DNA from: Agarilytica rhodophyticola
GTDB lineage: Bacteria; Pseudomonadota; Gammaproteobacteria; Pseudomonadales; Cellvibrionaceae
DNA: 24,000 bases
NCBI RefSeq assembly: GCF_002157225.2
Contig: NZ_CP020038.1
Location: 6,010,991-6,034,990 of the forward strand
Reading direction: 5' to 3'
This document shows positions 1 to 8,261 of this stretch, one piece after another. The first letter of the stretch is position 1. Each line of letters starts with the position of its first letter. Position numbers and translations under genes: made by a program. The notes below the pieces were generated by a model, which did no database searches, had not been told where the DNA came from, and saw only the letters and a program-made list of their open reading frames with translations.

Positions 1-187
1 GTAATTCTTTTAGCCCCATACTGACATTGCCTCTCGATATGCTCAGCGCAGCCCCTAGCTCCTCTGCGTTAAGAGGTTCTTCGTGGATAACGAGCAAGGC
101 GAATAATTGACCAACAGTACGATTAATCCCCCAACGGGAGCCCATCTCTCCGAAATGCATAACAAAAGATTGCACTTTTGGCGTCAT
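1..187 (-). CDS. GbsR/MarR-type winged-helix transcriptional regulator, N-terminal part (gene runs off the left edge)
   Basis: Open-ended, so absent from the ORF track. Reverse complement from the ATG at 187-185 reads MTPKVQSFVMHFGEMGSRWGINRTVGQLFALLVIHEEPLNAEELGAALSISRGNVSMGLKEL. This fits the wHTH pattern (G.sR..gqi.alL....epl.aeEL...L.iSrgnvS) that I associate with GbsR/MarR regulators. The + strand ORF 107..355 is its shadow. Confidence 0.7.
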   Translation of the reverse strand, partial: MTPKVQSFVMHFGEMGSRWGINRTVGQLFALLVIHEEPLNAEELGAALSISRGNVSMGLKEL

Positions 188-288
188 TTGCATAAAAACC
201 CCTTCTGTAAGGTAGTCACAATATTTTTTGAATTTTCAATATTTTTTGAAAGTTTAGAACAAAAATTAGATCTAAGTCAACTAATGCG

Positions 289-519
289 TCAATTTGTCAC
301 ACAAATCGAGCCAATAGACAGATTCAATAGAACAGAAACAATTGCTAAACCATAGCCGGCATGTGACACACTCAGAAGAGGTATGAAAAACACGACAGCT
401 AAGACTTCTAAGAAAGGAAACACGAGAAAGAGTGTGTAAACAAACACGAATGCAAAAGCGGATGACTGAAACAGTGCACAGCGCCGTAATTGGCCGATTT
501 TTATTAGTAAGCGCTGCAA
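289..519 (-). CDS. possible small two-TM membrane protein (hypothetical)
   Basis: 76-codon ORF lying between the LOG gene and the regulator on the same strand. It has two long hydrophobic stretches (FAFVFVYTLFLVFPFLEVLAVVFFIPLL and GLAIVSVLLNLSIGSI). It has a TTG start only, no internal ATG, and no family recognised. Confidence 0.3.
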   Translation of the reverse strand: MQRLLIKIGQLRRCALFQSSAFAFVFVYTLFLVFPFLEVLAVVFFIPLLSVSHAGYGLAIVSVLLNLSIGSICVTN

Positions 520-567
520 ATAAATCGGCGCAAGATTCTATAGTTTCGTAGAAAAAGGAGTTAGCCT

Positions 568-1149
568 CTATGTCTCATCCCGCCCAATCCACTTATGATC
601 CGATGGCGCTTGATACTCAAACATACGATCCAACAAGCTCTGTGCATCATTATCCACAAGCAAACTATTGCGATGTATATCTTTCACAAATTCTTCTCGT
701 ACAGCATGATCAAGAAATGCTGCAAGTTTGTCATAATAGCCTGCGGCATTGAATAACGCGCAAGGCTTAGAGTGGAATCCCAGTTGGGCCCATGTAAGAA
801 CTTCAAATATCTCTTCTAAAGTACCTAAGCCCCCAGGTAAAGCGATAAAGCCATCGGCAATGTCCGCCATGATAGTCTTACGCTCATGCATCGAATTAAC
901 AACTTTCAATTCTGTCAAACCTGGATGCGATAATTCCTTTTCAGCTAAAGCATGGGGGATGACACCAATAACTTCTCCTCCAAAAGCGAGGACCTTATCA
1001 GCAATTTTTCCCATTAAACCAACGCTAGCACCACCATACACTAAACCAATACCACGCTTAATAAACTCCTCGGCTAATATATTTGCAGCGTCTAAATACT
1101 CCGGTTTGCCGCCAGAACTAGAACCGCAATATACGCATATTTTTTTCAT
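568..1149 (-). CDS. LOG-family protein (cytokinin riboside 5'-monophosphate phosphoribohydrolase / TIGR00730-type nucleotide hydrolase)
   Basis: 193 aa. Has an N-terminal VYCGSS.G motif, GLVYGGASVGLMG, and the family-defining PGGLGTLEE motif. Length is typical. The + strand ORFs 570..752 and 749..1180 are shadows. Confidence 0.93.
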   Translation of the reverse strand: MKKICVYCGSSSGGKPEYLDAANILAEEFIKRGIGLVYGGASVGLMGKIADKVLAFGGEVIGVIPHALAEKELSHPGLTELKVVNSMHERKTIMADIADGFIALPGGLGTLEEIFEVLTWAQLGFHSKPCALFNAAGYYDKLAAFLDHAVREEFVKDIHRNSLLVDNDAQSLLDRMFEYQAPSDHKWIGRDET

Positions 1150-1431
1150 GTTTTTAAACCATCCATTCAGTTGTTATTGAACTTTACTCCAAAGAGACGA
1201 ACAGCTAGAATCTATTACTCTTGGTAAACAAGAGACAAGAATCTCATCTGACGTCATACATTGTACAACAGTCATCGCTCAATAAAAATTATCACTAGTT
1301 GAATGGCTGAAACTAGCATTAAAGAAACTATAATATTTAAAACGCCCAACTTTCGGTCAACGATTTAGGTTGATTTATTAATTAATACAATAAAGCTGAT
1401 CGGCTTTAAGTAAAAGTTGAGTGACATCACT

Positions 1432-2664
1432 ATGAGAATACCTGTAAGAAATTCATTGTATGGCATACTTGTTTTTATTTTTTCGTGCTCGCTAACTATA
1501 TTTTCAGATGCCAAACCCTACAAAGCAGCTGAAATACTAACGAAACAGCAAAATAAATATGGTAAATATGTAGTTCGCATGCGTGCAGCTAAAGGCAGCG
1601 GTATTATATCGAATTTTTTTACCTATAAAAATGGCTCAGAAAAAGCAGATGTATTTTGGGAAGAAATAGATGTTGAAGTCTTCGGTAAAAATAATTCAAT
1701 GTCTTGGCAAAGCAATATTATTACGGGCTTAGGCAGCAGAGATACATCAGAAGGAGTACACAATGGAGAAAACTTCGCAGATGGATATAATACTTTTACT
1801 ATGGAATGGACGCCAACATACGTAAGATGGTTAGTTAATGGCGTTGAGAAACGTCGAACAAATGGAGGGCAAGCGCGCCAATTAAGTAATGCAGCATCAT
1901 TCCGCTTCAATATCTGGAACCCTAATATTCCTCAGTGGGTTGGCCCATGGAATCCCAATATATTACCAGTACACATGTTTGTTAATTGGGTGGAATACCA
2001 CAGCTGGAATGGCAATGGGTTCACCCTAAAATGGCGGGATAATTTTGATAGTTTTAATTCTAATCGTTGGGGTAAAGCCAACCATACTTTTGCCGAAAAC
2101 CAAGCAGATTTTATTCCTCAGAATGCTAATGTAAAAAATGGCTACCTAGTTCTATCGTTAACTCGTGAAGGCCAAGAAGGATATAACGGTAATCCACCAA
2201 TGGATAGTGGCAGTAGCAATAATAACACAACGATACCACCAACAGGTTGGACTAACTTACAAGTCCAACACAGCAGTCGTTGCCTCGACGTAAAAGGAGG
2301 ACGTAAAGATAACACCAGTACTTACCAGCAATGGGCTTGTGATACTAATAATATTAACCAAAGATTTAAGTTCGAAGGCATAGGCTCAGGTTTCTACAAT
2401 ATACGTGCACAAGTAAGCAATAAATGTATCGACAATTCTTCTGGCAGTAGAGCCAATGGTAATAAAATACAACAATATGCGTGTTCTTTAGATAATGACA
2501 ATCAAGCTTGGCGACTAGAAAACAAAGGTAATGGTTGGTTTGAAATTCGCAATAAAAGAACTAATAAATGCTTAGATATTGCTGAATTTTCTCAGAAAAA
2601 CGGTGGCGTAATACATCAATGGCAATGTTTAGCAGGAAACAATCAACTCTTCCGATTTAAGTAA
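1432..2664 (+). CDS. secreted GH16 beta-glucanase (lichenase/laminarinase-like) with C-terminal ricin-B (CBM13) lectin domain
   Basis: GH16 catalytic motif E-I-D-V-E within FFTYKNGSEKADVFWEEIDVEVFGK. N-terminal signal-like hydrophobic segment. A Ser/Asn-rich linker is followed by three ricin-B repeats, each with a CxD...(Q/H)Q(W/Y)xC signature (QQWAC, QQYAC, HQWQC). I prefer the ATG at 1432 over the track's TTG at 1417. Confidence 0.9.
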   Translation: MRIPVRNSLYGILVFIFSCSLTIFSDAKPYKAAEILTKQQNKYGKYVVRMRAAKGSGIISNFFTYKNGSEKADVFWEEIDVEVFGKNNSMSWQSNIITGLGSRDTSEGVHNGENFADGYNTFTMEWTPTYVRWLVNGVEKRRTNGGQARQLSNAASFRFNIWNPNIPQWVGPWNPNILPVHMFVNWVEYHSWNGNGFTLKWRDNFDSFNSNRWGKANHTFAENQADFIPQNANVKNGYLVLSLTREGQEGYNGNPPMDSGSSNNNTTIPPTGWTNLQVQHSSRCLDVKGGRKDNTSTYQQWACDTNNINQRFKFEGIGSGFYNIRAQVSNKCIDNSSGSRANGNKIQQYACSLDNDNQAWRLENKGNGWFEIRNKRTNKCLDIAEFSQKNGGVIHQWQCLAGNNQLFRFK

Positions 2665-2689
2665 ACTAACATAAAAAGCAACTTATAAT

Positions 2690-2724
2690 AGTGTAGAGAG
2701 CTAACAATAAATGCTCTCTACACT
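2690..2724. terminator. hairpin between convergent genes (likely bidirectional intrinsic terminator)
   Basis: Perfect 12-bp stem agtgtagagagc (2690-2701) / gctctctacact (2713-2724) with an 11-nt loop. It lies between the GH16 stop (2664) and the stop of the minus-strand gene (2734). A T-rich tract follows only in the minus direction. Confidence 0.6.
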
Positions 2725-2733
2725 CCCTAGCCT

Positions 2734-3372
2734 CTAACGCTTAAATGTAACAATCAACTCAGGAGGAAAGTCACTTTCCAAAGATGCAAAGGCAATTCCA
2801 TCTCCCCCCTCATCCATTTCCAGTAATAATGATATTTCACCGTTATCACTTAGCAACGATCCGATATCCAGAAGATAAGATTTTCCAGACTTCCACTTAC
2901 CATTCCTGCTACCAATTAGCCCTCCTTTAATTGGTGCGCTAGAGGCCGTCAAATCACCTTCACTCCAATTATTACCCACGCCCCGGTATGCTTTTATCAT
3001 ACCTTTACCGGCATTAGTAATATGTACTTTTAGTTTTACTCCCGAAACAACACCGTCAATATTTTTGACATCGAATTTCAAATAAGCAACATCCTGACCA
3101 TCTTTAACCTGTAAGTTATCTGTATTTCGCCCAAAATCACGCTCTAAATAAGCGTCCTCTGTAGGTTGAAAACGCAATACTTTTTCATTTCTTTCGACGC
3201 TGGGGTATGTTTTATCACGATAAGCTTTAGGTAAAATATTCGCAGCTAAAACTATGGAAGACTGATTAACGTTTCTCTCATTAATTCCGCCAAAAGATAT
3301 ATTGCTATATCCATATGTAACAATTACAAGAAGAGTATTAAATAAACGTTTATTAGAAATAAAACTTTTCAT
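2734..3372 (-). CDS. secreted DNRLRE / CBM96-like domain protein
   Basis: 212 aa with an N-terminal signal-like segment. The body matches the pattern I recall for DNRLRE-type domains: EDAYLERDFGRNTDNLQV....VAYLKFDV......V.GVKLKVH......G.IKAYRGVGNNWSEGDLT. This corresponds to the 'a.lkFDl ... W.E..lT' signature. Confidence 0.65.
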   Translation of the reverse strand: MKSFISNKRLFNTLLVIVTYGYSNISFGGINERNVNQSSIVLAANILPKAYRDKTYPSVERNEKVLRFQPTEDAYLERDFGRNTDNLQVKDGQDVAYLKFDVKNIDGVVSGVKLKVHITNAGKGMIKAYRGVGNNWSEGDLTASSAPIKGGLIGSRNGKWKSGKSYLLDIGSLLSDNGEISLLLEMDEGGDGIAFASLESDFPPELIVTFKR

Positions 3373-3602
3373 TTTCTTAGTTTTACCTTCACTTTTAAAC
3401 CAAACAATTGCCCTAAAAGCGACAAGGGGAAAACATCTAACTCATAAGATGATCCACAAAATCACTTTTATCCACCTAAACACTAAAGCAAAGGCCCCAG
3501 CTTAAAGTAGAACTTGATCACAATTTGGTTAAAGACTATAGAGCCATGAGGCTAGAAAGGTATTTTTTGGCGAGAGAAATGCTTTAAATATTGATAACAA
3601 AT

Positions 3603-4406
3603 TTAAACACCGCAACCAATACGCTTTGAATCGACAGCTATATTGTCCATCCATCCAGACATTCCTTCATTACTTTGATAAGTCTGTAAACCAAACTTAA
3701 TCCAAGTAAATATACTTGGAATAGAATTTTCTGAAGGAAATTTTACTTTATGAGATATTTGGTCAATACGAGAGCCATTTCTAAAAAACTCGTAACTTTG
3801 CGACTTGTGATCTATATACCATTCAACACAAACCCATTCATTAGAGAAATGCCAATTATAGTCAGAAGCTACACCACCTTCAGCGTCATTATCAATTTGA
3901 ACGTTGTAAAGATATTGATGCTGCTTTGATATATTATTTTGCACAGTATCCACTACTCGAACTTCATAGTTTGCGCCCCTAAGAGCAACTAGAGTCCCAT
4001 GCAATACTGTATGATTATCAGCTATCGGCGTAGGTGTTTCGATCTTATAAAAGATACGTCCCCAGTGGCTACCGGGTATATTCTCCTTAGTGATATAAGA
4101 CTGATGATACGCCTGGGTTCCCTTTGAAGAAAAATAAAGCGCCCCTTTACTCTGATAAGCTTCTTCATTTTTAACAATTTTTATATTTTTACCCACATCA
4201 AACTGATGAGAAAAATTTTCAGGTATACTCTCCTCAAAATCTAAGCATATATAGTAATCTTTATTCAAACATGTTTCAGCAGGCATACCGGAAGTATTAG
4301 AACCTATTAGTCGACGATTAAGCTTATCGACAGATAGGATGAAAATTAAAAGTAGTAAGAAACAAAAAATAATAATACTAGCTTTCTTGTTATAAAGAGC
4401 CTTCAT
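3603..4406 (-). CDS. hypothetical membrane-anchored or secreted protein, possibly a concanavalin/LamG-like beta-sandwich (function unknown)
   Basis: 267 aa. N-terminal hydrophobic anchor (IIIFCFLLLLIFILSV), beta-rich composition, and W/Y/H-rich segments (HWGRIFYKI, WVCVEWYIDH). It ends 6 nt upstream of the RNase Z stop-side neighbour, so it is probably co-transcribed. No family confidently recognised. Confidence 0.6.
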   Translation of the reverse strand: MKALYNKKASIIIFCFLLLLIFILSVDKLNRRLIGSNTSGMPAETCLNKDYYICLDFEESIPENFSHQFDVGKNIKIVKNEEAYQSKGALYFSSKGTQAYHQSYITKENIPGSHWGRIFYKIETPTPIADNHTVLHGTLVALRGANYEVRVVDTVQNNISKQHQYLYNVQIDNDAEGGVASDYNWHFSNEWVCVEWYIDHKSQSYEFFRNGSRIDQISHKVKFPSENSIPSIFTWIKFGLQTYQSNEGMSGWMDNIAVDSKRIGCGV

Positions 4407-4412
4407 TTTTAT

Positions 4413-5384
4413 TTACTCAATTAGGAAAAGCTTACCATTGTTATCAAGGCTAAAATGATCAAAGTCCTTTGCTAAAAATAATGGGCCATGATAGTGTTTT
4501 TTTGCGTCTTTTTCTAAATTATCTATTGCGTTCACGGTTGTGTTTGTAGACTTATGATAGCGCGCACTAAAGTGTGTCAAAATAAGGTTTTTTATTTTGG
4601 CACTATTAGCAAACTTTGCTACCCTAGCAGCATCACTGTGTTGAGACTTCGGCCCAACCTTAAGGTGGACATCCTGGCAATAAGTCGCCTCGTGTATCAA
4701 CACTTCGATATTGCTTGCAGATTCATTTAATAATTCAGGAGTGTCATTATCGCCGCCAACAATAACCCCCAAAGGCTTCCTAGGCTTTAGAATATAATCA
4801 CTAGATTTTAACTCACTACCATTTTCAAGTTTTATAATATCTTCTTTTACAATTCGTCCCCATAAAGGCCCCTGTGGAATCTTATCTTCTATCAGTTTAT
4901 TTACGTCCAACTTAGCCTCATTGACGATTTCCTTAAATTGATAACCATAACTTGGAACTCGATGGGACAGAGTACATGGGGTTACTTCGAAATTACTATC
5001 AACAAGAATATTTTTACTTTCTTCACTACTAATAAACTCTACATCATATGAAATATGCATATCTGTATATTTCATAGCATTTAAGAGAAACTCTTTAACG
5101 CCATAAGGCGCAACAATTCGTAAAGGTTCGGTTCGACCTGTCATAGCTGTCGTCGCTACCAGTCCAGGCAGGCCATAGCAGTGATCACCATGAACATGGG
5201 AAATAAAAATAGTGTCAAGATGAGTAAGAGAGTAAGAAGTGCGTAATAGTTGCTGCTGAGTGCCTTCGCCACAATCCACGAGGCACCATGACTTTGTGCC
5301 CTTACGTTTAATGGCTAAAGCAGAGACGTTTCTTTGAAGAGTAGGAATTCCAGATGAAGTACCTAAAAACGTAAACTCAAGCAA
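4413..5384 (-). CDS. rnz: ribonuclease Z / RNase BN (MBL-fold tRNA 3' processing nuclease)
   Basis: 323 aa. N-terminus LEFTFLGTSSGIPTLQRNVSALAI and CLVDCGEGTQQQLL align in my memory with E. coli RNase BN (ELIFLGTSAGVPT..RNV; LFDCGEGTQHQLL). HxHxDH motif present (ISHVHGDHCYGLPGL), plus C-terminal LTHFSARY. TTG start. Confidence 0.9.
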   Translation of the reverse strand: MLEFTFLGTSSGIPTLQRNVSALAIKRKGTKSWCLVDCGEGTQQQLLRTSYSLTHLDTIFISHVHGDHCYGLPGLVATTAMTGRTEPLRIVAPYGVKEFLLNAMKYTDMHISYDVEFISSEESKNILVDSNFEVTPCTLSHRVPSYGYQFKEIVNEAKLDVNKLIEDKIPQGPLWGRIVKEDIIKLENGSELKSSDYILKPRKPLGVIVGGDNDTPELLNESASNIEVLIHEATYCQDVHLKVGPKSQHSDAARVAKFANSAKIKNLILTHFSARYHKSTNTTVNAIDNLEKDAKKHYHGPLFLAKDFDHFSLDNNGKLFLIE

Positions 5385-5472
5385 AGTATATTCCTTAGTA
5401 GAATCAGTTGATGGTCATCCAAAGACAAAGGCGCTGTATTTGTTCCAGATATCGAGCATAACAATGCAATTT

Positions 5473-6834
5473 TCAGCCTACGTATACTCGATTTCGACCA
5501 TACTGTTTAGCTTTGTACATCGCAACATCTGCTTTGCGAATAATATCATCAACTGAGCAATCTTTTTCGTTTATGAGATGGATACCTATACTACCACTAA
5601 TCTTGACCAGATGATTAGAAACATCTATAGGTTGGGATATAACACTGAGCATCTTTTCTGCAAGCAACTTACTTTCCAAGATATTATGGGTTAAATCATT
5701 ATCATCTGTAATTAAGATGATGAATTCATCACCACCGATTCTTGCCACAATATCTTCTTGCCTCACTGAAGCCTTAAGTCTACGTGCAGCTTCCTTCAAG
5801 ACTTCATCACCAGCAGCATGTCCATAGGAGTCATTAACTTCTTTGAATTCGTCAAGATCGATAAAAAATATAACGGCAGTTCCTCCATGCCGTTTAAACT
5901 TTGCAATCTGCTCCCGCACCCTTTCAAATAAGTACCGTCTGTTAGGTAAATCTGTCAGCGAGTCTATATGAGCAAACTCGATCATTCTATCCTCATATAG
6001 TTTCGTCTCTGTTATATCATGGGCAGATACAACAGCTCCTAAAACATTCCCCATACCATCAAGACAGGGGGTTAGATTAACATCAAAAAAAATTCGTTTA
6101 CTATTCTCGAAAGCTAACCAGTACTTTGCATTTACCTCATTGCCGGACAAACAAAAGTCTATTTCTTTTCTGACGGTGTTATTAAAGTTCTCTTGTCCTA
6201 ATAATTCCCCAACTTTACTGCCAATAATTTTTTCTCTAGCTGTTTTAAAAAAGTTTTCATAACCTTTGGAAACCATACGATATGTATAGTTTTTATCTAC
6301 AAAAGCCATCATATGGCTTGTGCTTTCGACCATTTTCAAACTTAGTATTGCTTCATGAGTTTTAAAATGCTGATATTCAAGACTTATTCTTTGTGAGAGC
6401 CTATGAAAGAAGTGTTTATCTTCATCATGTTGCTTAATTTTTTCATTATGTAATGTTGCAATATGCCCTAAAGGACGGCCTTGGCTATCAAAGAATAACT
6501 GCGACTGATAGGTGCAAGCATTCTCTAACGGCGTACCAACGAAGAATTCAGTATTGTGAGAAAAGCAATATGTATTTGTTTTTTCATTTATATCGAGATA
6601 CATACTGACCCAGGGAGTATCAGCCAATGATAAATTGAATGGTGCCTCGCATTTATTGTCTTTTCTATAAGCTTTTGCCTTTAATGTATTCGTATCTCGA
6701 GAATAAATAAACAGCACAGCCCATTTATGTCGAGTAAGCAATGACAAAGCTTTAACTGCTTTATTATAGAAATCCTCTTCAGAAGAAGTAAAAGCTAATA
6801 CTTCTAATGCTTTTTTATGATGTGAGGATATCAT
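5473..6834 (-). CDS. diguanylate cyclase with N-terminal sensor (GAF-like), PAS and GGDEF domains
   Basis: GGDEF active site in ARIGGDEFIIL. An RxxD I-site lies five residues upstream (RQED-IVARI-GGDEF). HIDSLTDLPNRR marks the start of the GGDEF domain, and a PAS-like region is present (MMAFVDKNYTYRMVSKGYENFF...HDITE). I prefer the ATG at 6834, preceded by AGGAG with a 5-nt spacer, over the GTG at 6852. Confidence 0.9.
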   Translation of the reverse strand: MISSHHKKALEVLAFTSSEEDFYNKAVKALSLLTRHKWAVLFIYSRDTNTLKAKAYRKDNKCEAPFNLSLADTPWVSMYLDINEKTNTYCFSHNTEFFVGTPLENACTYQSQLFFDSQGRPLGHIATLHNEKIKQHDEDKHFFHRLSQRISLEYQHFKTHEAILSLKMVESTSHMMAFVDKNYTYRMVSKGYENFFKTAREKIIGSKVGELLGQENFNNTVRKEIDFCLSGNEVNAKYWLAFENSKRIFFDVNLTPCLDGMGNVLGAVVSAHDITETKLYEDRMIEFAHIDSLTDLPNRRYLFERVREQIAKFKRHGGTAVIFFIDLDEFKEVNDSYGHAAGDEVLKEAARRLKASVRQEDIVARIGGDEFIILITDDNDLTHNILESKLLAEKMLSVISQPIDVSNHLVKISGSIGIHLINEKDCSVDDIIRKADVAMYKAKQYGRNRVYVG

Positions 6835-7370
6835 GTTTACTCCTAACAACACTTAGAAGCCATTTCATAACTGCTGCACTTACCGATACGGCGTTAAAAA
6901 TACTCTCAAAATGCTCATTTACTTCGTGTAAACTCCGCTTTTTCGGTTATTTTTGCCTTGTCTCGCCTGCGTTCGCGAGTTATGAAACAGCTTCTAGTCA
7001 TTTATTATTCAATACAGCTATACTAAACAGCTAAATAAAAAAAAAACAAGAAATATCATTAAATTTAAACTTAAAAAACTGGTTTAAATGTTAATTGAAC
7101 AAGCAGAGATAGTTAATATATTAAAATTGTTATAAAAAATTATATTTTATAATAAAAGCATAAGAACTAATGACTATTTAAATCTAACACTATTAGGGTT
7201 CATGACATATTTTGTGTAGTCTAAATATATCAATATAGATAGTAAGAAGTACTACAATACGGGAAGCTCGAGCTTTCAACGCTAGAATATAAAGAAAAAG
7301 CTTATTGGTTTTAAGGATTTTAAAGGTTTTAGGATAGATGTATTAGTAGACTAGAAAGGAAATAGTTCTT

Positions 7371-7401
7371 AAAAGCGAAAGAGCCTGCGTCGGCAGGCTC
7401 T
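7371..7401 (-). terminator. rho-independent terminator of the PPIase gene
   Basis: On the minus strand: agagcctgc-cgac-gcaggctct (9-bp GC-rich stem, 4-nt loop) followed by ttcgctttt. It lies 30 nt after the stop at 7431. Confidence 0.75.
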
Positions 7402-7430
7402 TATCATAAACCAATAGAGTCGATCATTTA

Positions 7431-8261
7431 TTAATGAGGAGACTTTTTAGAGGCCGCTTTTTTAGGTTCAGCTTTTTCTGGTTCAGCTACAACTTCCAGT
7501 AACTCAACATCGAATAAAAGTACTGAGTTACCAGGAATTTGTGGGCGAGAAACAGCACCGTAGGCAAGTTCAGCAGGAATAAAGAGTTGCCATTTTGCAC
7601 CTTCTTTCATTAGCTGAAGCGCTTCAGTCCAGCCTTTGATCACTTGGCCAACACCAAACGTAGCAGGCTCGCCACGGTCGTAGGAAGAGTCAAACTGAGT
7701 ACCGTCAATTAAAGTCCCTTTGTAATGTACTTTAACACGATCAGTAGCCGCTGGTGACTTACCCTTACCTTCAGTAACGACTTTATATTGCAAACCAGAT
7801 TCAAGTGCAACAATGCCTTCTTTCGCTTTGTTTTCATCTAGGAAAGCAGCACCTTTGGTTTTATTTTCTTCAGCAATTTTAGCCTGCTCTTCTTGTTCAA
7901 TCTTTCGCTTTTCCTGCATCGCAGTATTAACACGCTCACGGAACTCATTCATTACCGTTTGTAAGCTTTCATCATCTAACTTAGAAGAGTCTTCCAAACC
8001 GTCAACATAGGCTCTAGCAAGTGTCTTCTTATCGATAACAATACCTGTACCATCAAGGTTTGCAATATTGCTAGACATGTTTTTGCCAGCAGAAACGCCA
8101 ATAGCATAGGCAACTTTAGTATCAGAGTCTTCGAGGTTGATGGGCTCTTCTTTCTTTGCTTGCTCTGCAGGTTGATTACAAGCAGCAAGTAATGCACCTG
8201 TCGCTATGAGGGTCACAAGCTTGAGAGTCGATTGATGTTTCAAAATAGTTTCCTTATACAT
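7431..8261 (-). CDS. fkpA: FKBP-type peptidyl-prolyl cis-trans isomerase, FkpA/Mip-like, probable lipoprotein
   Basis: 276 aa. Lipobox LLAAC after a signal-like segment, helical Mip/FKBP_N-type N-domain, and C-terminal FKBP domain (VKVHYKGTLIDGTQFDSSYDRGEPATFGVGQVIKGWTEALQLM..GAKW.LFIP..LAYG). The symbol reflects family resemblance, not proven orthology. ORFs 7813..8010(+) and 7976..8197(-) are shadows. Confidence 0.9.
   Translation of the reverse strand: MYKETILKHQSTLKLVTLIATGALLAACNQPAEQAKKEEPINLEDSDTKVAYAIGVSAGKNMSSNIANLDGTGIVIDKKTLARAYVDGLEDSSKLDDESLQTVMNEFRERVNTAMQEKRKIEQEEQAKIAEENKTKGAAFLDENKAKEGIVALESGLQYKVVTEGKGKSPAATDRVKVHYKGTLIDGTQFDSSYDRGEPATFGVGQVIKGWTEALQLMKEGAKWQLFIPAELAYGAVSRPQIPGNSVLLFDVELLEVVAEPEKAEPKKAASKKSPH

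Noticed and set aside
107-355. 82-aa + strand ORF at the left edge
   Set aside because: It overlaps the better-supported minus-strand GbsR/MarR-type regulator N-terminus (1..187) and has no recognisable features.
570-1180. The + strand ORFs 570..752 and 749..1180
   Set aside because: They lie opposite the high-confidence LOG-family gene, and their translations are Pro/Ser-rich with no recognisable motifs.
1417-1431. TTG start of the GH16 gene
   Set aside because: An in-frame ATG five codons downstream begins directly at the signal-like segment (MRIPVRNSLYGILVFIFSC), so the ATG is the more likely start.
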